Made by a program: the position numbers and the translations under genes
Part shown: positions 24,520 through 35,992 of the stretch, in pieces
Layout: every line of letters starts with the position of its first letter
Numbering within the stretch: the stretch's first letter is position 1
Assembly (NCBI RefSeq): GCF_006345805.1
Contig: NC_043013.1
Location: forward strand, 5,332,001-5,396,000
DNA length: 64,000 bases
Origin: Octopus sinensis
Lineage: Eukaryota
Direction of reading: 5' to 3'
The notes under the pieces: model-generated
The model's database searches: none
Told to the model about the DNA's origin: nothing
The model's input: the letters and a program-made list of their open reading frames with translations, nothing else

Positions 24520-27500
24520 CATATATATATATACACATATATATCTACACACCCGCATATATATATATATATAGACAAATAGATAGTTGGATTGGTAGAT
24601 AGATGTATATATGCTATTAACTGACAACTGAGGTCAAATTCAAAATAGTCATAAAAATCCCAATATCGTAATCCCTCACCACATTGCAGATTATTATTTA
24701 AGCTTATCTCGATTCCTCTGTGGTGTTGCTTTGCATTTATAATAAAATAAATATACACAAATTATAAAAATAATTTTAAAAAAACAGTACTGTTTCTATT
24801 TCACAGATTTTCACCCATCACAGGGTTTTTTTGGGGTTTTTTTTTAATGCAACACCCACAAGAGTGGAGGGATTACTGTATTGCCATTTTTGTTGTTTGT
24901 TCAGTTTGTAAATGTCATGGAAGTGCTACGCAGAGCCATAAGTTACTCTGCTACCAGGTTTTTGTAGCAGTTTCAGTATCATTTGCTTCGCTTGTAACCC
25001 TGTGTGCCATCGAGAAAAAGCTATGAAGATCACATAATTGCATGTCCTTCTCCGATACACGAGTATATATCTGATAAGAGTACCCTTGATTGCCAAATTG
25101 ATAGCGTTGGCCTGACAACCAGTGGAATGGGTAACTATTTTTATATCTGTTTCTAGCAACGAACACCCTTAACTTTGGAGACACTTAACCCAGTTCAGCT
25201 AATTTTAAGCAGCTATCACCATCACTGCAGCCACGGTGGCTCACCATTTTAAACTCTTGATAAGTGTTTCATTTTAATTGTGCTACGTTCAGTCGTTTGT
25301 TTACCATCCAGGAAGAGACTTTTGTTCATCGACTCATTTAGCGCAGCAGAAAGAATGACACTCTTGCATTTTTGCACAACAAGGGAGATCACTGTGTTAT
25401 GAAATATAAAGTGTTGTGTGTGTGTGTGTACTGGGTGGCCCAAAAGTATTATCTCTTTCGCATTCATATATTAACAGTTTAGATCTTAATTATAAAAATA
25501 TATGACGTCATTATTCTATGCTAATTTAGTTAATTGCAAGATAGAAATTTAAATGTCAAAATGTTTTAAAAGAAATTTAAAGTGCTTACATGATAACTGT
25601 AAACCTACATTAGGGCCACCCTGTGTGTGTGTGTGTGTGTGTATATATAATATAATATATATATATATATATATATATAAGAAACAATTAAGATTTAGTT
25701 GAATAAGGTACTTAAGTTGATGCACCAAGCCAGTCCAGTGTTATCTGCAAGGCTCAAGGTAAGGTGGATAAAAATCGAATAAGTAACAAGGATGTCAAGG
25801 TATTAATACAATACGACCATTCCAGGTGACTCCATTTAATCAAAGAATGCAAGCATTACATCAATTTGAAATACAGCACCATCTTCAGTTGCAAAAATGC
25901 AGATTTTCAACTGACAGGATATTCTGTTATAATCTTTAGCAAATATTTCATCAGAGCTAGAGAAGGAAAAAATTCCATGCTGCTCCTAATATAGTAGAAT
26001 AAGCTTAAAGAGAAACCACTACAATTTTGGAATGGCAGAAGTGGAAACACAGTGGGGGGTCATGAGATTGGTCATGACATATACATATATGACTACCATA
26101 TGTGTAGCATCTCTTATATTCCTTGCCATGACTTTCATCTCTTATGTTCCTGCCGTAAGGCTCCACTTCCACACACACCAGCTTAATTTAATTCATCCTT
26201 AGTTGAAAAACACCTGTTGTTAATGTCCTGTTGTTTTTATTTGTAATTGTGTACCATTTCTCCGGTTTTTTCCATCCTTGTTTTAGAATACGTTATATAT
26301 AAAGAAAATAAAAAATGGAACAAGAACGTAACAGGCGACAACAAAACATCCGGACAGTTTGACGATACAAAAGAGGACAGGAAAAAACAAGGACGGGTCA
26401 TTCGGAGCTTCCTGTCCTCAGTTGAGTTCCAGATTGTCTTTGCAGTTTCAGTCAGTTACACTCGAGACTGCTCCAATCTGGCCGACCCCAAGATAATCTA
26501 AACTAAGAGTACTAGATTCTTTGGAAGAAAGCAAGAAAATGTATACAAAAACAAGGACGAAAAAACGGAGAGATGGTACACAGTTACAAATACATACATA
26601 AACACACACATATATATAAAACTTATTTCAATTGTTGGGCTGCGGCCATACTGGGGTTCCACCTTGAAAGGTTTTGGTTGAACAGATCTATTCCTGTATT
26701 GTTCTTTCAAAGTCTGTTGCTTATTTTATCAGCCTCTTAAGCTGAGTCACTGACTTATGGAGCTGTAAACAAACCAGCACTGGTTTTTAAGCAGGTGTGG
26801 GCACAAACACATGCACACACACACAAACTCTCTGTAATGTGGTTGGCATTAGAAAGGGCATCCAGCCATACAAACCATACCAAAACAGACTAGAGATTAG
26901 CAGGGTCCTCCAGAGTGCCAGCTCTTGTCAAACTATCCAGTCCATGCTGGCATAGAAAAGAAACATTAAATGCTGATGATGGTACATACAATGGGCTTCC
27001 ATGCAGTTTCCCTCTACCAGATTCACTCACAAAACATTGGTTTCCATCATCATCATCGTCATCACGTCTACTTTTTCCATTCTTGCATGGTTTGGACAGA
27101 GCTTATCGAGACAGATTTTCTACAAACTGATGCCCTTTTTCTTGCCAACCCACCCCTGTTTCCAAGCAAGACAATGATATTTCCCCATGGCCAGCCATGT
27201 TTGCACAAAATATTGAAAATGAATGATGACACCCTTTGTATGTCAATGGCACTCATATACAATTATCACAAGATGTCAAGACAAGGAGATGCAAACAAAC
27301 AATCGAATCACTCACACATCATATTTAACAAAGAATCTCAAACATCCTTTCACTGACGATGACTTGTGAAGTTGTGTGTGTGAGTGTTGTTCCCAGTTAC
27401 ACACACACACACACCGTGCGAGTCCTACTGTTTCTTATTTTTTTACTGCCCACAAGGGGCTACATACAGAGGGGACAGACAAACGGATTGAGTCAATTAC

Positions 27501-30500
27501 ATCAACCCCAGTGTGTAACTGGTACTTAATTTATCGACCCCGAAATGATGAAAGGCAAAGTCGACCTCAGCGGAATTTGAACTCAGAACGTAACTGCAGA
27601 TGAAATACCACTAAGTATTTCGCCTGGTGTGCTAACGTTTCTGCTCACGAGTCCTACTGTTTCTGCCTAACAAAATTGATTCTCAAAGGCATTTGATAGC
27701 CTAGGGTTTAACTAATTAAATAACATAAAATTACATTAATGACAAAAAATACTTTTAGTGCATTTTCGATTTAAAAATGAATTTTTCCTGTAGTTTCCGA
27801 CATTGCTGTGTAGTTAAGAAGTTCGCTCTCCAACCACGTGGTACCTTGAACAAGTGGCTTCTGCTTACCCTTGGGTTAACCAAAGCCTTGAATGGATTTG
27901 AGCGATGGAAACTGAAAGAAGCCTGCTGTATATGTGTGTCCTTGATTCGGCATGGTGTAATAGTTGTAGGGGTCCATCACCATCCATCATATAAACGATG
28001 TCATTCTTTTCCAGTCTTCTTTGGAAGCATGTCTGGCAACGAGAAACTTCCTTACTTGGAAACGGGCGGAGGTTGGTGAGAGAAAGGGCTTCTGGCATGA
28101 AAAAGCTGCCTCAACAAAATTCTGTCCGACCCATGCAAGCATGGAAATGTGGACGTTAAAACGATGATGAGGCTATATGATGTGATTTGTGTGAATCTTC
28201 TTATGCACACAAACACACACACAGATGTCTACCTTTCATAGTTATACAGGGCGAATGAACAACACCGTCTTTGTCTCTCAGCTAAGAATGTCAGCTGCTG
28301 TGCTTACAATTATACAGAACACCTTACAGAACATAACACAGTGACCTCCCTTGTTGCGTAAAATCATTTACGCAACAAAAATCTAATTGGATACTAGCTT
28401 AGTGCCCCCCCCCCAACCTCCCAACCCACACAAAAGAAAATTAATTGCACCTAATACCTTATATGAAAACGGTTTATTCATGTCCTAAGGTTAGGTAAAT
28501 TTCATAGAGTGAGGCAATTTAGGCCTTAAAGTTAGGCAAATTCGGACATGAATATATATATAAGCATGTATCTGACTCATACATTGTTCGCTTTCCAGAC
28601 ATTTCTACATTACTGCATGTGCTTTATATGCACTTTCTGACAAGTTGTGGTGCACCTGAGCACTGTATACAATAATTTCATTATTATCATTATTATATAT
28701 AATACAGAAATGAAGTTTTTTTAATAGCAATTTTTATGACTTTCTCATTATTATTACAAGACATGGTAGGAAATTCATTTTCCACCATGTGTAATATTTT
28801 TTTCAGAAAAATTTATGGGGCGGTGGTACAAAAGGAAGTTTTTCCTTACTGTTATCTATTACTTTTTGTTTTTTTTTTACCCTGTCTAATTAACCAAATC
28901 TCTTAATCTTGCAGAATCTCACATATGGACGCAATGATAAACAGCTTGATATATATTTACCAGTCGGTGCCTATAAGGAAGACAGCTTAAAACCAGTTTT
29001 AATCTATGTGTTTGGAGAAGGCTGGAGCACAGGAGACAAGAACATGTGTGGCTTAGTGTGTTCTCAGATTGCCGACCAAGTTGACGCTGTTGTCTGCTGC
29101 CCTAACTATTCACTTTACCCACAGGTAAGAAAATATAAACAATTGTAGCGTGGAAGGTATTTAAATTTAAATGTTATATTTAAATGTTGAAGTGTATTTT
29201 TAAATGGTTTATAAATACCTTCCACGCTGCAATTGTTTGTTTCAACACACGATCTAAGATCAAGTCACTTGCTATGCAAGTACATCTCCATAATAAGAAA
29301 ATATAGTTTTTAAAAAATGCTCTTTTGTTTTAAAAACCAGGACAAGTCATTCATAGCCCTCTGTTCATCAGTCAAGCTTCCAATTATCATTACAGTTTTG
29401 GCCTGTTACACTTGAAACTGTTCGAAATTGTCTTGGACATTGTTCTCTCTCCCCCAAGAAAATGTACCAAAAAATGTAAGGAACTGAGAGGGGTTTGTTG
29501 CTGAGAGTTTAGTTTGTGACGAAGTATAATTTCTTTCACTGAACTCTGAAAAAAAACCCCCCAAAATAACTGGCACTTTGTCAGTTCCAATGACGAGGGT
29601 TCCAGTGATCCAATCAAATAGTGGGGAATGATTTCATAGAATCTTTGTCGTTGATGTGTGACTTGTAACAAAGTGCAGCAAAAGACCCCTCACATTCACC
29701 ATTCTAGATAAAAGTTTCAACAACAAATGCACATTCTGCACCAGTCTAAACCAGGATGGTAACTGCAAAAAACAAATGGTAAAACCTTAGCTACATGAAG
29801 ATGCCATAATTACCTGCTTAACTTCACTAGTGTCTCACTAATAGCTTTATAAACTATGGAACATTTCTCTGCCGCTGCTTGTATATTGATACTAATTCTG
29901 TTGTTGTTGTTGTTCTTAGGGCTGTGCAGACGACATGGTACAGGATGTGGTCGATGCCATCAGTTGGATACACAACTGTATTCACAAATATGGTGGAAAT
30001 AAGGTAAGATCTTCTTTGAAATCTGTATTTGTTGGTTGGTTGGTTGGTTGGTTTTGGGAGTTTTAACCTTTTCGATTTTGTTACCCTTTATTTTCTTTTT
30101 TTTTTCACCTGATTCAGTCATTAGGCTACGGCCATGCTGGGGCACCATACTGAAGAATTTTTTTTTAGTTTAATGAATCAACCCCAGTACTTCTTTTTAA
30201 GCCCAATGCTTGTTTTATTGGTCTCTTTTGCTGAACTGCTAAGTTATGGGGATGTAAACACATCAGCACTGGCTATCAAGCAGTGGTTGAGGACAAACAT
30301 GGGTACAAGGATACACACACACACACATATATATTATACAATAGGCTTCTTTCAGTTTCCACTTATCAAATTTTCTTCTTCTTTCAAGCAAACAGATACA
30401 TTTTGTACCCTGACTTTCAATACATATATACATAGAGAGAGAGATACATACAAACATACATACGTACTTAGAAGGTGAGCAAAAGGTGTACGTATGCTGC

Positions 30501-31933
30501 TATATGTATATATAAATCCAAAAAACAGAATAAGAATATAACGGATGACAACAAAAACATACAGACAGATAAATGATACAAAGACAAACAGGAAAAACCA
30601 GGACAAGTCATTCGTGGCCCTCTGTTCATCAGTCAAGCTTCCAATTATCATTACAGTTTTGGCCTGTTACACTTGAAACTGTTTAAAGGCATTAAATTTT
30701 TGGAAGAAAGTGAGCAAATGTGTATGACAACACAAACAAAAAAAAAACAAGAAAACGAAGAAAATGTTACACAATTACAAATACAACAGGTGTCTTTTGA
30801 CTAATAAGGACAAGTTGAGTTGAGCTGGCAAGTAGAGTGAAAACCTTGAGGCAAAAACATAGATGAAAGTCAGGAGACAGGAAAATAAGGTGTTGTACAC
30901 ATGGCGGTCAGGCCAAGAAAGATCATGCTTGGCTGAACACCTGTCATGTGGAAGGAACAGAGAGAGAAGAAGGAATGAAAAATTAATGAAGGAACTAGAG
31001 GGAGAGAGAGAGAGGGACAACAGGCTTCTTTCAGTTTCCATCTACTAAATCCACTTATGAGGCTTTGGTTGGTCCAATATCTTTAGAAAATGGGGTTTTT
31101 GTGGATTCGTTCTGCCTACAGTGACATTAAGATGGTGGTAGATCGTTTTCAAAAGCAGTGTCATCACCACTTTTCAAGTGTTCATGAAAAATTAAAATCT
31201 AGGATGACATGGCGATAGTGTAACGTTCTCAAAATTCCTCTCTTAATAATTTGATGATGGAGAGCATGCTGCGACCTGTGTATGGACCAACATGGAATGC
31301 TGGTATAGAAGAATGTGCTACCATCACAAAAACTGTTAACTACAGTCTCTGACATTCTGTGTGTGTGTGCGTGGATATATATATCTTTTACTTGTTTCAG
31401 TCATTTGACTGTGGCCATGCTGGGGCACCGCCTTTAGTCGAGCAAATCGACCCCGGGACTTATTCTTTGTAAGCCCAGTACTTATTCTATCAGTCTCTTT
31501 TGCCGAACCACTAAGTGACGGGGACGTAAACACACCAGCATCGGTTGTCAAGCAATGCTAGGGTGACAAACACACACACACAAACACACACACATACACA
31601 TATATACATATATATATACATATATACGACGGGCTTCTTTCAGTTTCCGTCTACCAAATCCACTCACAAGGCATTGGTCAGCCCGGGGCTATAGCAGAAG
31701 ACACTTGCCCAAGATGCCACGCAGTGGGACTGAACCTGGAACCATGTGGTTGGTTAGCAAGCTACTTACCACACAGCCACTCCTGAGACAAGAACGCAAA
31801 ACATCTGGACAGCTAGGTGATACGAAAAGAGCCAACAAAACATCCAGACAGATGATACAAAGAAAACAAGGATGGGTCATTTGAAGTTTTCTTTCCTCAG
31901 TCAAGCACCAGGTTATCCTCGCAATTTCGGCTG

Positions 31934-31978
<45 letters not shown>

Positions 31979-34095
31979 GTCCCCTTCTTTCTCTTTCTCT
32001 TTATCACCCTCTTCTTCTCTCTCCTTGACCTGCAACCATTCAGGTTGGCCATCAACCACCACAGTCTCTCAACAGTTACAGGTGGGAATCTACCCTACAA
32101 ATATTAGTCCCTGTATTTCCTACCCTGGATAAACTTAAAATGACGTAAACCAAAATTCCACAAAAGCTAATATTTCTTTTTATGTTTTTTTCTTATTTTT
32201 TAATATCTTATTAATTTAGGAAAAAATCATCCTGATTGGTCACTCTTGTGGTGCTCACCTTTGTGTAATGGCCATTTTGGAACTCCTCCATGGAGAATTA
32301 AGGCTTGGGCGCCAAGGCATTTCTCCACTGGACGACAGCAGTACAGACACTACTTCACAGCCTGAAACCAGACCATTGGCTTTGGGTGCAGCAAACGAAG
32401 AGGACCAAGATTCTGCTTCAACCGAGACATTTTCCACACCATCGCAATCAAAAAACGTTAACGAGATGAACCATGAACCAATGGACATCGACACGCCGGA
32501 AAGCGAAGATGATGTCAGTGGAAGCAGCGTGGCTGGCTTTCGTAAAACTGCGACACACTTTCTAGATATGGAAGGTGATGAAGAAGCTTCTGATAATGAT
32601 TCCGTTGTCACTGTTCGGCCGAAAGAATTTGATAGTGGCCCAAGTTTACATGACATGTGTAAATCTATCAAAGCTGTCGTAGGTAAGAAACCATTTGCTC
32701 CCTGTTTTTTTATTGCTTATATCATCATCATTACCATCATTTCCTTTATCGGCATCATCACCATCAGTCACCAGTTTCATCTATTCTTTTTTCCATACTA
32801 ATAATTGGATTGAGTGTTTAGCAAGGTGAGAGACAATAGGAGTAGTGTGAAGAGAAAAGATGAGTTTTAAGGGTATAGATGATGGAGACCGGGGGAACGA
32901 GTGGATATTTTGCAGAGGTAGAGGTCATTGTCATTGATATATAGAATCCAGAGAATCCTTCAGAACATTAGATCATTGGGATCCATGAAATGATCACAGT
33001 CGTTTTTTTGGGGGGGGGGGAGATACCTGGGGGATCTTTTAGAGGTGCCTAGTACCAATTGGGGTCTCTGTTCTGTTTGAGGGTGTCTGGTGCTATTCAG
33101 ATGCACCTGGTGCTATATTTGTTGAATATACATAAGGATGGTGGTAGTGCAGACTCTTTGGAGCATCAGACAAAATGCCTTGCAATATTTCTTTCGGTTC
33201 TGTATGTTCAATTTATATCCCATCAAGGTCAACTTTGCCCTTCATTCTATCACGGTCAACAGAATAAAGTACCAGTCAGGTACCAGCATCAGTGTCATCA
33301 ACTAATCCACTGCTCCTCAAAATTACTAACTTTATGCCTAAATGGTTATTCTTGGGTCGATAAATCAAGTACCAGTGAAACGCTGGGGGTCGATGTAATT
33401 GACAAGTCTCCTCCCCTAAAATTTCAGGCCTTGTGCCTATAGTAGAAAGGATTATTATTATTATTATCATTGAGCATTGCTTTCTCCCACTTCAGGTCTG
33501 GCTGGTGTGTACAACATAAAAGACCAGTATGAACATGAGAAACAACGAGGTTTAGAAGATCTAAGCTGTATCCAGAAATGTATGTATGGAGAAGATCACT
33601 TCAGTCGCTTTTCTCCGACAATTATCATAGAAAGCTTGAAGAGAAATATCAAGTAAGTGGATCCGCTCAATTCTATGCCATACTTCTCATCTAAACCCTT
33701 TCATCTTCTCCACTGTCAATGTTGTGACATCCTGACAAACGTGCTACAATCAATACTGACCTAGGGTCAAAATTTGTTCTCTCATTTTTGTTATAATTTT
33801 TGTTTTCTTTATTGGCATTTCTTTATTTGTTTTTAATTTGTTGTTTTTACATTTTTTTTTTTCCTTCAGATTACCGAAAATGGTTCTTTTGCATGGCACT
33901 GAAGACCAGGTTGTACCAATGTCGTCCAGCACGAAATTTGGTGAAGCACTCAGCAACATCTTCGCTGATGTCACTGTCCGAGTGATTCCGTTCTGTGACC
34001 ACTACAACATTTTTGCCGACCTCATGTCTCCAGAGAGACATTTACATGATGTGGTAATGAGCATAGTCTTAGAAACGGCCAGAAGGTTCTTCTGA
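21479..34095 (+). CDS. Alpha/beta-hydrolase, isoprenylcysteine methylesterase (ICME/ICMEL)-like, 465 aa; join(21479-21736,28915-29124,29920-30003,32220-32682,33496-33652,33870-34095)
   Basis: Six exons with GT-AG introns, phases 0,0,0,1,2, total 1398 nt and no internal stop. Motifs LDIYLP, YVFGEGW, GHSCG (nucleophile), [17 protein letters not shown] (acid) and DHY (His). Family assignment is from motif recall. Confidence 0.88.
22290..22490 (+). mobile_element. Helitron-like 3' fragment
   Basis: aaatttgagcgcaatcggatg...(CA)n...ttttatataatagat end. Confidence 0.45.
22826..23525 (+). mobile_element. RTE (BovB-like) LINE 3' fragment: ORF end, 3' UTR and (GAT)n tail
   Basis: Translates as [29 protein letters not shown]...[16 protein letters not shown]...[11 protein letters not shown]. 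Confidence 0.85.
24030..24575. repeat. Compound AT/GT/ATAC microsatellite with repeated gtgtagatatatat blocks
   Basis: The block recurs four times. Confidence 0.95.
25431..25623. mobile_element. Tc1/mariner-like MITE
   Basis: TA|CTGGGTGGCCC ... GGGCCACCCTG|TG; 11-bp TIR with 1 mismatch. Confidence 0.6.
27420..27645 (-). mobile_element. Family B SINE, tail type 1
   Basis: Same core; tail aatccgtttgtctgtcc...gccccttgtgggcagtaaa. Confidence 0.82.
27800..28170 (+). mobile_element. Family A-type head joined to an RTE-like (GAT)n tail
   Basis: Head/body as family A; 3' end catggaaatgtggacgttaaaacgatgatga. The same tail occurs at about 570-790 (+) and 27040-27310 (-). Confidence 0.65.
28915..29124 (+). 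CDS. Hydrolase coding exon 2 ([16 protein letters not shown]...CPNYSLYPQ)
   Basis: ttgcag acceptor, CAG|GTAAGA donor, 70 codons. Confidence 0.92.
29920..30003 (+). CDS. Hydrolase coding exon 3 ([28 protein letters not shown])
   Basis: ttcttag acceptor, AAG|GTAAGA donor, 28 codons. Typical DV..A..W....I..YGG motif. Below the ORF-track length cutoff. Confidence 0.92.
30480..30960. repeat. Unclassified interspersed repeat (related copies at about 26300-26600, 29332-29422 and 31790-31940)
   Basis: Shared ggac..gtcattcg....ct..tc(a/c)tcagtcaagc...cagttt..g.c segment. Confidence 0.65.
31384..31784 (-). mobile_element. Family A SINE, full length, in hydrolase intron 3
   Basis: Matches the reference copy. 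Confidence 0.9.
32220..32682 (+). CDS. Hydrolase coding exon 4 (GHSCG nucleophile elbow plus acidic insertion)
   Basis: atttag acceptor, G|GTAAGA donor, open frame [14 protein letters not shown]...IKAVV. Confidence 0.92.
33130..33465 (+). mobile_element. Family B SINE, tail type 2, in hydrolase intron 4
   Basis: Core plus aaatttcaggccttgtgcctatagtagaaaggattattatt tail. Confidence 0.75.
33496..33652 (+). CDS. Hydrolase coding exon 5 ([19 protein letters not shown]...FSP...)
   Basis: cacttcag acceptor, AA|GTAAGT donor, phase 1 to 2 fits both neighbours. Confidence 0.92.
33870..34095 (+). CDS. Hydrolase last coding exon ([16 protein letters not shown]...DHY...RRFF*)
   Basis: ttccttcag acceptor; carries catalytic Asp and His motifs; TGA at 34093-34095. 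Confidence 0.93.
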
Positions 34096-34372
34096 AGGAA
34101 GCATCTTGCCACCAGGCTCTGTAGAAACTGCTACACATTTCTTCAAAAAAAAAAAAAAAAAATCTTCTTTCTTTCCTTCCATTCCTTCTTTCTTTCTATT
34201 TCAACTTCTATCTTTTCTTCTTCCTTTTTTCCATCCTCATCTTTAATTTCCGTTATTTATTTCCATGCTTAACTATTGATAGAAAAGGCATGAATGCCAC
34301 AGCTTCCTATTTTCCTACACCTTCCCTTCTCCCCCACAAATAATTACCAGTACTTCATGCTTTTATTTGTAA

Positions 34373-34378
34373 AATAAA
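34373..34378 (+). promoter_or_regulatory. Candidate polyadenylation signal of the hydrolase
   Basis: AATAAA about 280 nt after the stop, in an AT-rich context. Confidence 0.4.
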
Positions 34379-34739
34379 TTTCTTATTGTACTGTAGAGCA
34401 GGAGGTCAAGTCCACGGTCAAAGGAGCCAGTTTCAAGCCCCAGGTTTGAAGCTAATTCACTTTTGCTTATTTCACTAGTGTCCTTGGTGGTGGTGGTGAT
34501 GGTGACAGTGAGGCTGGAGAGGAAGAGAGAAGGCATGAATGCTGCACAGTCTACCTCTCCCCCCTCCTGTCTTGTTCCTGCCCCCCTTTATTTTGTGGCC
34601 TTGTGCATATAAGCAAGAAAACTATCGTTATTGATATTATATATCTATCTGGTACGCACCACAGAACTAGACACGAGTTTTCTGGCACTGGTTCACTTTT
34701 GAATCTCACTTGATGCAAAATCACTTCACTCAGTTTCGT

Positions 34740-35175
34740 TGCTAATGCTTTTGGGCGCGATGAGAAAGGCATGAATGTCACAAATTCACCTCACTCCCCC
34801 TCGCCCACTCCGTTTCAAAACAAACTGTACAACCCTTTTCCCAAAGCCAAAAGTGAATATAAAATATATTGTAACTTTTCCCGTTTCCAACAGTTGATGC
34901 TTTTGGAGATGGGAAAGAGACGAACGACACGAATTCATGTTTTGTCCCTTCTTGAAAACAAACTATAAAACCTCGGTGTGACCCTGCTTCGCGAAGCCGA
35001 AAAGAAGGGAGCGTTAAATGTAACGATTTTTATGTTCTTTCCCATTGCCAAAAGTTAATGCTTTTGAGAATGGGAAAGGCTTGAGCAACACAAATCCACC
35101 CTTTCTTCCCTGAAAACAAAGTAAATGACCTTTGTGTAGCCCCTATTTCCCGAAGCCACGAATGGAAAAGGTTAA
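34740..35175. repeat. Diverged ~155-160 bp tandem repeat with a conserved hairpin
   Basis: atgcttttg..gaaag..aaaacaaa..(g/a)aagcc pattern at about 34745, 34897 and 35058. Confidence 0.6.
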
Positions 35176-35501
35176 AAAATAATTTTTGAATTATTATTAG
35201 AGAGAGACATTAAGAGTTTCCTCCCTTTATGTGTTACAGAGAATGAGGCCGGACTCTCTCTTTTTCTCTTTTTTCTCTCAAAAGATTAACATACAAAAAT
35301 ACGTTCAAGGTTAAACGAAACGATACGGAAGAATGCTCTGATGATAGCTCCAGGCTATTTTTGTTTGTTTGTTTTTTCTTTTTTTTTAACGTCTGTGTTT
35401 CTACTTTTAAATGACCTGTCAATGTTGTTATTGATGTTGTTGTTGTTAGAGAAGTAATTGGGTAGCTTTTATTCTTCTTCAACATTATTATTATTATTAT
35501 T

Positions 35502-35947
35502 GGTGAGCTGGCAGAATCGTTAGCACGCCAGGCAAAATGCATAGCGGCATTTCGTCCATCTTTATGTTCTGAGTTCAAATTCCGCCAAAATCCACTTTGC
35601 CTTTCATCCTTTCGGGGTCGATAAAATAAATACTAGTGAAACACTGGGGTCGCTGTAATCGACTAGTGCCCTCCCCCCACCCAAATTTCAGGCCTTGTGC
35701 CTGTAGTAGAAAGGACTATTATTATTATTATTATTATTAATATTATTGGTGAGCTGGCAGAATCATTAGCACGCTGATCGAAATTCTTCATGGCATTTCG
35801 TCTGCCACTACGTTCTGAGTTCAAATTCCGCTGAGGTCGACTTAGCCTTTCATCGTCGATAAATGAAACACTGGGAGGAGGGGGGGGGGCAATGTAATCG
35901 ACTATCTCATCCCCCAAATTTCAGGCTGTGTGCCTATGGCAGAAAGG

Positions 35948-35992
<45 letters not shown>

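Noticed and set aside
29340-29415. CUGA(U/G)GA and GAAAC-like motifs on the minus strand of this repeat family (also about 26400, 30620 and 31890)
   Set aside because: I could not build consistent stems II and III in any hammerhead permutation, and the downstream motif is GAAU rather than GAAA.
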